Shown here one piece after another: positions 18,784 to 28,617 of a stretch of DNA of 64,000 bases; position 1 is the stretch's first letter; every line of letters starts with the position of its first letter. The notes under the pieces are model-generated. The model searched no databases. It saw only the letters and a program-made list of their open reading frames with translations, and was not told the origin of the DNA. The stretch comes from an uncultured Candidatus Rokubacteria bacterium (GTDB lineage Bacteria; Methylomirabilota; Methylomirabilia; Rokubacteriales; DASRDR01), in assembly GCA_963708025.1 (NCBI GenBank), contig CAVPSB010000015.1, positions 96,001 through 160,000 on the forward strand, in the 5' to 3' direction. Position numbers and translations under genes: made by a program.

Positions 18784-20307
18784 ATGCGGCTCCTGATCGT
18801 GTGCGCGCTCGTGGTCGCCGTCGGACTCGGAGGGGCGCCGGCCTGGGCTCAGGCGCCCGGGTCGCAGATCACGGTGGCGCAGCTCTACAACCCGGAGGAC
18901 ATGAGCCCCTGGAACTACACGGCGGTCGCCACCGTGGACATCTGGGCGCACTTCATGGAGCCCCTCACGGTCTTCGACCGCCAGGGGAACCTCCAGGGGG
19001 TGGTGGCCGAGAGCTGGCAGGTGGTCTCGCCCACCGAGTGGATCGTGAAGATCCGCCACGGCCTGCGCTTCCACGACCCGAAGTACGGGGAGCTGACCGC
19101 CGAGGACGTCAAGTTCACGCTCGACCGGGCGGTGCAGCAGGGCGAGGTCATCCGACGGCTCCTCCCGAAGCCGGTGCAGGAGGGCTCGGTCGAGGTCGTC
19201 GACAAGCACACCATCCGCTGGAAGCTGGGGGCGCCGGGCACCGGCAGCCTGCCCAACTACATGTCGCTGGTCCACATCACCTCGAAGGCGTACGTCGAGG
19301 GCGAGGGCAAGGACACGTTCAAGCGGCGACCGATGGGGACCGGGCCCTACCGGTTCGTCGAGTGGCTCACGAACCAGCGGGTCGTCGGCGAGGCGTTCCC
19401 CGGCTACTGGGGCCCCAAGCCGGGCTTCGGGCGCGTCGTGTGGCGGATCCTGCCCGACGCGCTGACCGCCAAGAACGCGCTCCTGGCCGGGGAGGTCGAC
19501 CTCTTCCAGTTCGTCCCGCCGGAGGCGATCCCCGAGGTCCAGCGGAACCCGAAGACGCGGGTGGTGGAGGTGCTGAGCGCCCGCATGCTGTTCATGGTCA
19601 TCAACGCGACCGAGCCGCCGCTCGACAACAAGCTCGTGCGCCAGGCGCTGAACCACGCCGTCGACCGGAAGACGCTGGTGGAGCAGCTCTATCGCGGCCG
19701 GGCGGTGGCGCTGCGGGCGCCGATGCAGGAGACGATCCCCGAGCTGAACCGGAGCCTGGCCGGGTACGCCTACGACCCGCAGAAGGCGAAGGACCTCCTC
19801 AAGCAGGCCGGCTACCAGGGGCAGCCCGTCAAGGTGAACGCCCCGATCGGGCGCTACACGCTCGACAAGGAGCTGGGCGAGGCGGTCGCCGGGATGCTGG
19901 AGAAGGTGGGCGCCAATGTGGAGTTCAAGGCGTCGGAGTGGGGCGGCTACGCCCAGCCGCTGTTCCAGGGCAAGGCGTCCGGCGCGAGCCTGGTCGGCAT
20001 GGGCAACACGGTGTTCCTGCCCGACTGGGTGTTCACGCTCTGGCTCCTGCCCGGCGGCCAGGGCGAGGTCTACACGAAAGGCCGGCCGGCCAACTGGGAG
20101 GGTGACGTCGCCCGGCTGGCGCTCATGGCCCGCGGCAACCGGGAGCGGCAGCCGCTGCTCGACAGGCTCCAGGCCGAGGCCCTCGACTTCGCGCCCTGGA
20201 TCCTCCTGGTCAACCTGAAGGACGTGTACGCGCTGAGCGACCGGGTCGTCTGGGAGCCGTACGCGAACGAGATGCGGAACCTGAAGGACGCCAAGCCGCG
20301 CAACTAG
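18784..20307 (+). CDS. ABC transporter substrate-binding protein, family 5 (DppA/OppA-like)
   Basis: Signal peptide; AESW, FHD..LTAEDVKFT, MGTGPYRF, VRQALNHAVDR. Confidence 0.92.
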   Translation: MRLLIVCALVVAVGLGGAPAWAQAPGSQITVAQLYNPEDMSPWNYTAVATVDIWAHFMEPLTVFDRQGNLQGVVAESWQVVSPTEWIVKIRHGLRFHDPKYGELTAEDVKFTLDRAVQQGEVIRRLLPKPVQEGSVEVVDKHTIRWKLGAPGTGSLPNYMSLVHITSKAYVEGEGKDTFKRRPMGTGPYRFVEWLTNQRVVGEAFPGYWGPKPGFGRVVWRILPDALTAKNALLAGEVDLFQFVPPEAIPEVQRNPKTRVVEVLSARMLFMVINATEPPLDNKLVRQALNHAVDRKTLVEQLYRGRAVALRAPMQETIPELNRSLAGYAYDPQKAKDLLKQAGYQGQPVKVNAPIGRYTLDKELGEAVAGMLEKVGANVEFKASEWGGYAQPLFQGKASGASLVGMGNTVFLPDWVFTLWLLPGGQGEVYTKGRPANWEGDVARLALMARGNRERQPLLDRLQAEALDFAPWILLVNLKDVYALSDRVVWEPYANEMRNLKDAKPRN

Positions 20308-20371
20308 GCGCGCGCCCGCACGCCAGCCCCGGCGGCGCGGCCGCGCGCCAAGCGCGGAGCCGGTGAACGGA

Positions 20372-20441
20372 TCGGGACTTCCGACTCCCCCTCCCCCCGG
20401 TGGGTGGGGGAGGGGGTGGGGGGGAGGGCGGGAGGTACCGA
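20372..20441 (+). repeat. G/C palindromic element, copy 4 (clearest terminal inverted repeats)
   Basis: TCGGGACTTCC...CCCCCTCCCCCCGGTGGGTGGGGGAGGGGG...GGAGGTACCGA. Confidence 0.85.
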
Positions 20442-21358
20442 TAATCGGCGCGTACATCGGGCGTCGCCTGCTCCAGAGCGCGCTGACCGTCTTCGCGGTC
20501 AGCGCGCTCGTCTTCGCCTTCATGACGATGGCCGGCGACCCGGCCATCCTGCTCCTGCCTCCGGAGGCCGGGACGGCCGAGCTCGAGCGGTTCCGGCACG
20601 AGCTCGGGCTGGACCGCCCGGCCCACGTCCGCTACCTCGCCTTCATGACGAGGTTCTGGTACAGCGACGCGGTGCGGTCGTTCCGGTACAGCGATCCGCT
20701 GCTGCCCCTCGTCCTGGGACACCTCCGGTGGACCCTGGTCCTGGCCGCGGCCGCGATGACGCTCGCGCTGGCGCTGGCGCTGCCGCTCGGGGCCTGGGCG
20801 GCCCGGCGGCGGGGCGGCGTCGCCGACGTGCTGATCCGGCTGGTGGCGGTGGTTGGCGAGTCGGTGCCGTCGTTCGTCACGGCGATCCTGCTCATGTACG
20901 TGCTGGCGGTGTGGCTTCCCATCCTGCCGGTGGCCGGGCTGGGCCTGCCCCATGCGGTGCTGCCGGTCGCCACCCTCACGCTCTTCCAGCTCGCCGTGCT
21001 CCTCCGCCTCCTCCGCTCCGAGCTGCTCGACGTGCTCGGCCAGGACTACGTCCGGACGGCCCGCGGCAAGGGGGTGGCCGAGGCCGCGATCCTCGCCCGC
21101 CACGCGCTCCGGAACGCGCTGATCCCGGTCGTCGCCATGGCCGGGCTGCTCCTCAACGGTCTTGTGGTGGGCGCCGTCGTCGTGGAGCCCATCTTCGCCT
21201 GGCCAGGCCTGGGCTGGCTCCTGGTCCAGTCGGTCTTCGCCCGCGACTACCCGGTGGTGGTGGGCGGCGCGACCATCGCCGCCGTCGTCGTCGCGCTGGT
21301 GAACCTGCTGGTGGACGTGCTGCAGGTGTGGATCGACCCGCGGATCCGCACGGCGTGA
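20441..21358 (+). CDS. DppB-like ABC permease (start codon ambiguous)
   Basis: AYIGRRLLQS, GDPA, LGLDRP, DYVRTARGKG, HALRNALIP, RDYPVV; the nearest canonical in-frame start upstream is GTG 20363, which reads through the repeat. Confidence 0.88.
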   Translation: MIGAYIGRRLLQSALTVFAVSALVFAFMTMAGDPAILLLPPEAGTAELERFRHELGLDRPAHVRYLAFMTRFWYSDAVRSFRYSDPLLPLVLGHLRWTLVLAAAAMTLALALALPLGAWAARRRGGVADVLIRLVAVVGESVPSFVTAILLMYVLAVWLPILPVAGLGLPHAVLPVATLTLFQLAVLLRLLRSELLDVLGQDYVRTARGKGVAEAAILARHALRNALIPVVAMAGLLLNGLVVGAVVVEPIFAWPGLGWLLVQSVFARDYPVVVGGATIAAVVVALVNLLVDVLQVWIDPRIRTA

Positions 21359-22206
21359 CCGCGCCGCAGCGGCTCGCCGGCGACCTCGCCTTCGGGCTGT
21401 CCTTGGCGGTCCTGCTGGCGGTGTCGCTGCTGGCCGCGTGGCCCGGCCTGGTCACGAGCCAGAATCCCGCGCGCCAGAGCCTGCTCGACCGGCACCGGCC
21501 GCCGGGGCACGTGGACGAGGCGGGCCGCTCGCACCCGCTGGGGACGGACCACCTGGGGCGGGACGTCTGGAGCCGGCTGGCTCACGGGGCGCGGGCCTCG
21601 CTCACGGTGGGCTACGCGGGGCTCGTGCTCGGCGCCGGCCTCGGCGTGACGCTCGGGCTCGTGGCGGGCTTCCGCGGCGGGGCCCTGGACCGTGGGCTGG
21701 TGGGGGTGATCGATGCCTATCTGAGCTTCCCCTACATCCTGATCGCGATCGTCTGGGGCGCCCTGGTCCGGATGACGATCGGGACCCTGGTCGTGATCAT
21801 CGCGCTCCGCGGCTGGGTGGAGTTCGCCCGGGTCGTGCGGGCCCAGGTGCTGTCCGTTCGCGAGCGGGAGTTCGTGGTCGCCGCCCGGGCGCTCGGGGCC
21901 AGCGACGCGCGGCTGGTCGCGCGGCACGTGCTGCCGAGCGCCCGCGGCGCCATTCTGGTGATCGCCGGGTTCCAGCTCGGCCGGCTCATCCTCCTCGAGT
22001 CGACGCTCTCGTTCCTCGGCCTCGGCATCCAGCCCCCGACCCCGGCCTGGGGGGCCATGCTCGCCGACGCCCGCCTCTACCTCACGCAGGCCTGGTGGAC
22101 GGTCGCCTTCCCCGGCGCCGCCATCTCGCTGGTGGTGGTGGCGGCGAACTTCCTGGGTGACAGCGTGCGCGACCGCCTCGACCCGACGATCCGCGGGCGA
22201 CTCTGA
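21355..22206 (+). CDS. DppC-like ABC permease
   Basis: HPLGTDHLGRDVWSRL, REREFVVAARALGAS, LSFLGLG..PPTPAWG; GTGA overlap with dppB. Confidence 0.92.
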   Translation: MTAPQRLAGDLAFGLSLAVLLAVSLLAAWPGLVTSQNPARQSLLDRHRPPGHVDEAGRSHPLGTDHLGRDVWSRLAHGARASLTVGYAGLVLGAGLGVTLGLVAGFRGGALDRGLVGVIDAYLSFPYILIAIVWGALVRMTIGTLVVIIALRGWVEFARVVRAQVLSVREREFVVAARALGASDARLVARHVLPSARGAILVIAGFQLGRLILLESTLSFLGLGIQPPTPAWGAMLADARLYLTQAWWTVAFPGAAISLVVVAANFLGDSVRDRLDPTIRGRL

Positions 22207-22304
22207 ACCCGCCGCACGTTGCCGGGTCCGGATGGATGGAGTATCGTTCCCCTCGGCGTCCTCACCGCCACACCGAGCCACGGGCATGGGAGAAAGGCAG
22301 GACC

Positions 22305-22661
22305 ATGACAGTCGCTGGCAACATCGCGGTGGCCCTGGTGGCGCTGTTGCATCTGTACTTCCTGGTCCTGGAGATGTTTCTCTGGGAGAAGCCGCGGGGC
22401 CTGCGGACCTTCGGTCTCACGCCCGAGTTCGCGAAGGCCTCGAAGACTCTCGCCGCGAACCAGGGTCTGTACAACGGATTCCTGGTGGCTGGGCTCGTCT
22501 GGGGCCTCAGCCTCGGTGCCGCGGGGAGCTCGATCAAGGTCTTCTTCCTCGGGTGTGTCGTCGTCGCCGGGGTGTTCGGCGCGTTGACCGCGAATCGCAA
22601 GATCCTCTGGGTTCAGGCGGTTCCCGGTGCGGTCGCGCTCGTGCTGGTGCTGGCGTCCTGA
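22305..22661 (+). CDS. DUF1304 family membrane protein
   Basis: LHLYFLVLEMFLW, LAANQGLYNGFL, KILWVQAVP. Confidence 0.85.
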   Translation: MTVAGNIAVALVALLHLYFLVLEMFLWEKPRGLRTFGLTPEFAKASKTLAANQGLYNGFLVAGLVWGLSLGAAGSSIKVFFLGCVVVAGVFGALTANRKILWVQAVPGAVALVLVLAS

Positions 22662-22684
22662 GGCCCTGCGACCGGGAATCGGAT

Positions 22685-23212
22685 GTGATCGAGCTCCGGA
22701 CGGACCGGCTGCTCCTGCGCCCGCTTCGCGAGGCGGACCTCGACGCGTACGCGGCCATGTGCGCCGACCCGGAGATCATGCGCTACCTGGGCGACGGGCG
22801 GACGCTGGATCGCGAGGACGCCTGGCGCCACATGGCGATGCTGATGGGCCACTGGGCGCTGCGCGGCTTCGGGACGTGGGCCCTCGAGGAGCGGGGCAGC
22901 GGCGCGTTCGTCGGGCGGGCGGGTCTCCATTTCCCGGAAGGATGGCCCGATCGGGAGGTCGGCTGGGCCCTGGGGCGCGAGCACTGGGGGAAGGGGTACG
23001 CCACCGAGGCGGCGCGGGCGGCGCTCGATCACGCGTTCGACACGCTCGGGTGGGAGCGCGCGATCAGCCTGATCCACGCCGAGAATCGGCGCTCGATTCG
23101 TGTCGCCGAGCGGCTGGGCGAGCGCTTCGAGCGCGAGGCCACGGTCCGCGGACAGCCGGCCGGTCTCTACGTCGTGAGCCGCGCTACCTGGAAGGCGCGC
23201 GCCTCCGGCTGA
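22685..23212 (+). CDS. GNAT family N-acetyltransferase (RimJ/RimL-like)
   Basis: LRTDRLLLRP, EVGW, WGKGYATEAA, NRRSIRVAERLG. Confidence 0.9.
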   Translation: MIELRTDRLLLRPLREADLDAYAAMCADPEIMRYLGDGRTLDREDAWRHMAMLMGHWALRGFGTWALEERGSGAFVGRAGLHFPEGWPDREVGWALGREHWGKGYATEAARAALDHAFDTLGWERAISLIHAENRRSIRVAERLGERFEREATVRGQPAGLYVVSRATWKARASG

Positions 23213-23280
23213 TCCGCACTCCAGCGGGCCCGCGCAGTCCGCCGAGGGAGGCCGCCCGGGCCCGATGCCGGGAGCCGGGT

Positions 23281-24788
23281 TCACGTCGCCCTCCACGAGA
23301 CGCGGCGCACCGGCAGGCCGAGGAGGCGGCGGTCTCCCGGCGCCGGCGGCCACGGGGAGCAAGCCCACGCGAACCGCGCCCAGCCGGTGGACGCCTGGTG
23401 AAAGCGGGCCACGGCCCGATGCTCTCCGTACGTCACGTCCGGGACCCTGCCGTTGACGTAGATTCGGAGAGCGAGTGACCGTCGCACCGGGAGCCACTCG
23501 ATCGACACCTCATAGGAGCCGGCGGCCAGTGGCGCCTCGAAGATCGCGACGGGCTCCGACCAGCGGAAAGGCTGACCACGCCAGCGCTCGGGGGAATGGA
23601 GGCCGAGCGACGGGAAGCCCTCGGCCCGCGCCGCGTCCCACGGGGAGGCCGTCCGGGAGTCCCGGAAGCGGCTCGAGCGCGGACGGGGCCGCGGGCGGGG
23701 GCTGGGAAGCGAGCCAGCGATTCGACGAAGCGGAGTCGGATCCGCTGGACGGCGGCGTCGTTGAGGAGGGCGACCCCATGACGGCCCGGCACCTTGCCGC
23801 GGGAGAGCCGGAGACGCCATGGCAGCGCGGCGCGGGCGATCGCCAGCCGAAGGCGCGCGCGGCTCAGGCGTGGCCACACCCCGAACGCGGCCCGGCCCGC
23901 CGCGCCGAGCAGGAAGCGGAGCCACGCTGCCGTCCATCGCCGGTCCCCGGAGCCTCGAGCCCGCATCCACTCCCGGAACCCCAGGGACCAGGCGGCCCGG
24001 GCCAGGTCGGGGCGCCACTGATGGCGGCCGAACCACTCCGGGACCTCGTCGAGCAGGGTCCGGCACGGGTCATCGCCGGCCTCCGCGTGATAGCGGACCT
24101 CCCCGCGCGCGAAGTCCTCGGCGAACTCGATGAGCTCGCCGATGTGCCCCAGATAGAAGTGCCGTAGCACGACCTCCGGCGCGTAGCCGATCCGGTACCC
24201 CAGCCGGTACATGCGGGCGGCGAGCAGCCACTCCGCGAAGTGGCCGAACTCCGGGCGGAACCCCCCCGCCTCGAGGTACGGCCCCCGCCACGCGATGTAG
24301 CACTGGTCGAGGATTCTCCGCCACGGGTGCTGCTCCATGCCGTATCGGATGTCGTCCTCGTACATGGCGGCCTCGGCCTGGCCCAGGCGGTTGTGCGTCA
24401 CGCCGACCGAGCGGCAGCTCAGACCGGCGACCCCGGGGCGGGCGCGGATCGCCTCGTCGGCTCGCTGCAGCGTCTCCGGCGCCGGGAGCACGTGGGATTC
24501 CGTGAAGAAGAGCAGCTCGCCCCGCGCCTCGCGTGCTCCCCGGTCCGCGAGCGCGATGTCGTGCGGCTGGTCGTGGACGAGCAGCCGGTCGAAGCGGGTC
24601 AGCAGCGACTCCGCGGCCGCCACCGGCGGGGACCCTGGCGAGAGCGGACACCAGACGGCGAGCACCTCGTAGCGGTCGCGCGGGAACGTCTGCTCCCGGG
24701 TCCAGCCGCGCAGGCAAGCTTCGGCCTGGCCGCGAGGGGACTCCAGCGGCACGATGACCGAGAACCGGTAGCGCGGCTCGCTCGTCAC
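23281..24788 (-). CDS. Glycosyltransferase family 2 protein with a C-terminal beta domain; frameshift near 23700
   Basis: FSVIVP, ARGELLFFTESH, AGGFRPEF; C-terminal FRWSEP...GDRRLLGLPV in a second frame (ORF 23281..24066). Confidence 0.7.
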
Positions 24789-24822
24789 GGGAGCATCGGC
24801 CGGAGACGGTCCGAGGGAGCCA

Positions 24823-25683
24823 TCAGGCAGTGTGCCGCGGGCGGAGGCCGCGCGCCCTCCGGGCGAGGACGTCCTGGAGCCCGTCCGACAGCACCTGGAA
24901 GGCCAGCACGACGAGGAAGATGGCGGCTCCGGAGGCCACCGAGATCCACGGCGCCAGCAGGAGGTACGAGTAGCCCTCCCGCAGCATCCGGCCCCACGAC
25001 AGGGCGGGCGGCGGCACGCCGAGACCGAGGAACGAGAGGCTCGCCTCGGTCAGGATGGCGGTCCCCACCCCGAACGACGCCTGCACCAGGAGCACGTCGC
25101 TCACGTTCGGCAGGAGGTGCCGCCACATGATCCGGAGGCGCCGGGAGCCGAGCGCCCGGGCGGCGGTGATGAACTCGCGCTCGCGGAGCGACAGCACCTC
25201 GCCCCGCACCAGGATCGCGAACGTCGGGACGAAGGTGACGGCCAGCGCGCCGATCACGTTCCAGAGGCTCACGCCCAGGAAGGCCGTGATGGCCAGGGCC
25301 AGGACGAGGGACGGAAACACCAGGAGGGCGTCCATCGCCCGCATCAGGAGATCGGCCGCGCGGCCGGGCGCGCTGCCGGCCACGAGCCCGACCGCCGTTC
25401 CCGCCACCGTCCCGACCAGGACGGACAGCACGCCCACCACCATCGAGATCCGGGCCCCGGCCATGACCTGGCTCAGGACGTCCCGCCCGAGCGGATCCGT
25501 CCCCAGGGGGTGCGCCGGGCCTGGTCGGCTCAGGGTGCTCCGGGCGTCGTAGCGCGCGGGATCGTGCGGCGTGATCCGGGCGCCGAGCGCCGCGCACGTC
25601 AGGGCCGCGCCGATGACGAGCGCCCCCAGGCCGATGGGCGCTCCCGGCCTACCGATGGCGAACGCGCGGGTCCACCAGCCCAT
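24823..25683 (-). CDS. DppC-like ABC permease
   Basis: HPLGTDPLGRD, REREFITAARALG, EASLSFLGLG; start uncertain. Confidence 0.92.
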   Translation of the reverse strand: MGWWTRAFAIGRPGAPIGLGALVIGAALTCAALGARITPHDPARYDARSTLSRPGPAHPLGTDPLGRDVLSQVMAGARISMVVGVLSVLVGTVAGTAVGLVAGSAPGRAADLLMRAMDALLVFPSLVLALAITAFLGVSLWNVIGALAVTFVPTFAILVRGEVLSLREREFITAARALGSRRLRIMWRHLLPNVSDVLLVQASFGVGTAILTEASLSFLGLGVPPPALSWGRMLREGYSYLLLAPWISVASGAAIFLVVLAFQVLSDGLQDVLARRARGLRPRHTA

Positions 25684-26593
25684 AGGCCAGCTCGACCAGG
25701 AGGTTGGTCAGGAACACCCCGACGGTGACGACGATGATCACGCCCTGCACCACCGGAAAATCCCGGCTCAGGATGGAGTCCACGAGCAGGACGCCGACGC
25801 CGGGGAGGGCGAAGATGGTCTCGGTGACCACGGCGCCCCCGAAGAGCCGGGAGACGCTCACGCCCAGCACGCTCAGCACCGGCAGGAGCGAGTTCCGCAG
25901 CGCGTGCACCCAGAGGACGCGCCGCTCGCGGACCCCCTTGGCCCGGGCCGTCCGGACGTAGTCGCTCTCCAGCGCGTCCAGCATCCGGGCCCGCGTGAGG
26001 CGGGCCAGGTTCGAGAAGTACGCCGCGCTGAGCGTGATGGCCGGGAGGACCATGGACTTCAGGTTCCCGAGCGGGTCCTCCAGGGCCGACACGCTGCCCG
26101 ACGAGGGCAGCACCCGGAGCTGGAGCGCGAAGAGGAGGATGAGCAGGATCGCGATCCAGAAGTTCGGCATGGCGATGCCGAGCGCGGTCAGCACCGACAC
26201 GCCGAGGTCGACCCGGGTGTGGGCCCGGACCGCGGCCAGGATCCCCAGCGCGAGGGCCAGCCCCACCGCCAGCCCCAGCGCCAGGACCGTCAGCTCGAGG
26301 GTCACCGGCAGCCGGGCCCCGATGGAGCCCAGCACCGGCTGCCCCGTCCGGAACGAGCGCCCCCAGTCGCCGCGCGCGAGGCGCCCGAGCCAGTCGAGGT
26401 ACTGGACGTGGGCCGGGCGGTCGAAGCCCAGGTCCTGCCGGAGCCGGGCCACGGTGGCCGGATCCGCGTCGCGCCCCAGCATCAGGACCACCGGGTCGCC
26501 CAGGACCGCCTGCATCAGGAAGAAGACGAGGGCGGTGAGGAACAGGACGGCGAACAGCATCGCCGCCAGGCGGCGGAGGACGAAGACCCCCAC
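25649..26593 (-). CDS. DppB-like ABC permease
   Basis: GDWGRSF, DYVRTARAKG, HALRNSLLP, RDFPVVQG. Confidence 0.93.
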   Translation of the reverse strand: MGVFVLRRLAAMLFAVLFLTALVFFLMQAVLGDPVVLMLGRDADPATVARLRQDLGFDRPAHVQYLDWLGRLARGDWGRSFRTGQPVLGSIGARLPVTLELTVLALGLAVGLALALGILAAVRAHTRVDLGVSVLTALGIAMPNFWIAILLILLFALQLRVLPSSGSVSALEDPLGNLKSMVLPAITLSAAYFSNLARLTRARMLDALESDYVRTARAKGVRERRVLWVHALRNSLLPVLSVLGVSVSRLFGGAVVTETIFALPGVGVLLVDSILSRDFPVVQGVIIVVTVGVFLTNLLVELAYGLVDPRVRHR

Positions 26594-26635
26594 GGCCGGC
26601 CGGCTCAGGCCGGGGGCGTCACGGGCCGGCCCCGG

Positions 26636-28174
26636 CTACTTGTCGAGCCACAGCTCGCGGAAGCGCGGGATCAGGTCGGGGATCCAGCCCCAGTTCTGCA
26701 CCTTGCGGCCCATGACCGCGAACTCGGCGGTGTAGTTGAGGAAGACGTAGGGGACGTCGTCCACGATCATCCGCTCCGCCTCGTGGTAGAGGGGCTTGCG
26801 CCGCTCGGGCTCGTAGATCGCCGCCGCCCGGTCGAGCAGCTCGTCCACCCGCGGGTTGCTGTACCCGGTGGAGTTGGCGAAGCCCTTGCTGTGAAAGAGA
26901 ATCGACAGGAGCCCGCTCGGATCGGCCCGCTGGGTCCACCGGGTGTGGGTCCAGTTCGACTTCCGCTGGACGATCAGCGCGTAGGCGTCGGCGGTGTTCA
27001 CCGGCTCGAATTCCAGCGTCACGTTGATCTTCTGGAGCTGCCCCTGGAGCAGCTCGGCCTGGCGGATCCACTGGGGGGTGTTCTCGACGACGAACTTGTG
27101 GCGGAAGCCGTTCGGATACCCGGCCTCGGCGAGCTTCTTCCGCGCCTCCGCCGGGTCGTGCCCGAAGCCCTTGAGCCCGGCGTCGAACCACCAGAGCCCC
27201 GGCACCACCGGGCCCCGGGCCGGCTCGCCGAACCCCCGGAGCAGGATGTCCTTCAGCTCGTTCCGGTCGATACCGAGGGCAATGGCCTGCCGGAGCGCCT
27301 TGTTGTTGAAGGGCGGCTTGTCCACCTGCCACTGGAGCGCGGTCCAGCGGGCGGCCGGCCGCATCTCGGACACCCGGAGGCTGGCCTCGCCCTGGAGGGC
27401 GGGGACGTCCTTGGCGTCCACGTCGGTGGTGATGTCCACCTCGCCGGTCCGGACCATGGTCAGCCGGACCGTCGGGTCCGGCACGATCCGGAAGGTGATC
27501 TTGTCGAGGTACGGCTTGCCCTTGTCCCAGTAGTCCGGGAACCGCTCGAGGGTCACCTGGGAATCGGCGACCCACTCGACGAGCCGGAACGGCCCGGTTC
27601 CCACCGGGCGCCGGCCGAAGTCCGGGCCGGCCTGCTTCACGGCGGCCGGCGACACGATGAAGCCGGGTCGCTCGGCCAGGGCGGCCAGGAGCGGCGCGAA
27701 GGGCTTCTTCAGCTCGAACGCGACCGTGTGGGGGTCGACCACCGTCACCGCGGCCACCGCGGGCTCGAGTTGGCTCCGCTGGGGCGACTTGCTCTGCGGG
27801 TCCAGGATGCGCTCGACGTTCCACTTCACGACCTCGGCGGTGAGGTCCGTCCCGTCGTGGAACTTGACGCCGCGCTGGAGCTGGAACGTCACCCGCTTGC
27901 CGTCCGGGGACACCTGCCAGGCCCGCGCCAGCTCGGGCACGACGTTGAAGCCCTTGTCGAGGCCCACCAGCGTGTTGAACACGAGGTAGAGGACGTAGCG
28001 CTCGGAGAACTGCACCGAGAAGTGCGGGTCGAGGATCTTGGCGTCGGCGATCCACCCGACCCGGAGCGTGCCGCCCCGGACGGGGGTCTGGGCCCGGCCC
28101 AGCGCCGCGAGGGCCAGCACCGTCGCGAGGCCGACGACCATCGTGAACAGCGCCGCTCGTCGATCCGCTCTCAT
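26636..28174 (-). CDS. ABC transporter substrate-binding protein, family 5
   Basis: GGTLRVG, LDPH, VKFHDGT, PVGTGPFRL, LRQAIALGIDR. Confidence 0.93.
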   Translation of the reverse strand: MRADRRAALFTMVVGLATVLALAALGRAQTPVRGGTLRVGWIADAKILDPHFSVQFSERYVLYLVFNTLVGLDKGFNVVPELARAWQVSPDGKRVTFQLQRGVKFHDGTDLTAEVVKWNVERILDPQSKSPQRSQLEPAVAAVTVVDPHTVAFELKKPFAPLLAALAERPGFIVSPAAVKQAGPDFGRRPVGTGPFRLVEWVADSQVTLERFPDYWDKGKPYLDKITFRIVPDPTVRLTMVRTGEVDITTDVDAKDVPALQGEASLRVSEMRPAARWTALQWQVDKPPFNNKALRQAIALGIDRNELKDILLRGFGEPARGPVVPGLWWFDAGLKGFGHDPAEARKKLAEAGYPNGFRHKFVVENTPQWIRQAELLQGQLQKINVTLEFEPVNTADAYALIVQRKSNWTHTRWTQRADPSGLLSILFHSKGFANSTGYSNPRVDELLDRAAAIYEPERRKPLYHEAERMIVDDVPYVFLNYTAEFAVMGRKVQNWGWIPDLIPRFRELWLDK

Positions 28175-28212
28175 CCCCCCCACCTCCCGTGTCGCGCGCG
28201 TCTCGGGCTAAT

Positions 28213-28617
28213 CTAACCGGCCGCCTGCTTGTCGAGCTGGTCGAAGACCTCCTTGGCCGCCCGGAAGCCGGCGTGGGCGGCCGGCTGGCCGGCGTAGAAG
28301 GCCATCTGCATGATGATCTCGACGATCTGCTCCCGCGTGAGCCCGAGGTTGAGACCACCGCGGATGTGCGCCTTCAGCTCGGGCTCCCGCCCCAGCGCGG
28401 TGAGCGCCGCGATCGTGATCATGCTGCGGTGGGGGAGCTCCAGGCCCGGACGGCTCCAGACCTGACCGAACAGCACCTCGTCGCTGATGCGCCCCAGGTC
28501 GGGCGCCAGCTCCTGGGTTGGGCTCTTGGCGGCGCCGGGCGCCGGGGCGCCGAAGACCCGCTGCCGCAGCTTCTGCCCGATGGCCCGATACTCGTCCAGG
28601 GTCGGCATGGTCGTCAC
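28213..28617 (-). CDS. Carboxymuconolactone decarboxylase (CMD/AhpD-like) family protein
   Basis: FGQVWSRPGL...RSMITIAALTAL...ELKAHIRGGLNLGLTREQI...YAGQP. Confidence 0.88.
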   Translation of the reverse strand: MTTMPTLDEYRAIGQKLRQRVFGAPAPGAAKSPTQELAPDLGRISDEVLFGQVWSRPGLELPHRSMITIAALTALGREPELKAHIRGGLNLGLTREQIVEIIMQMAFYAGQPAAHAGFRAAKEVFDQLDKQAAG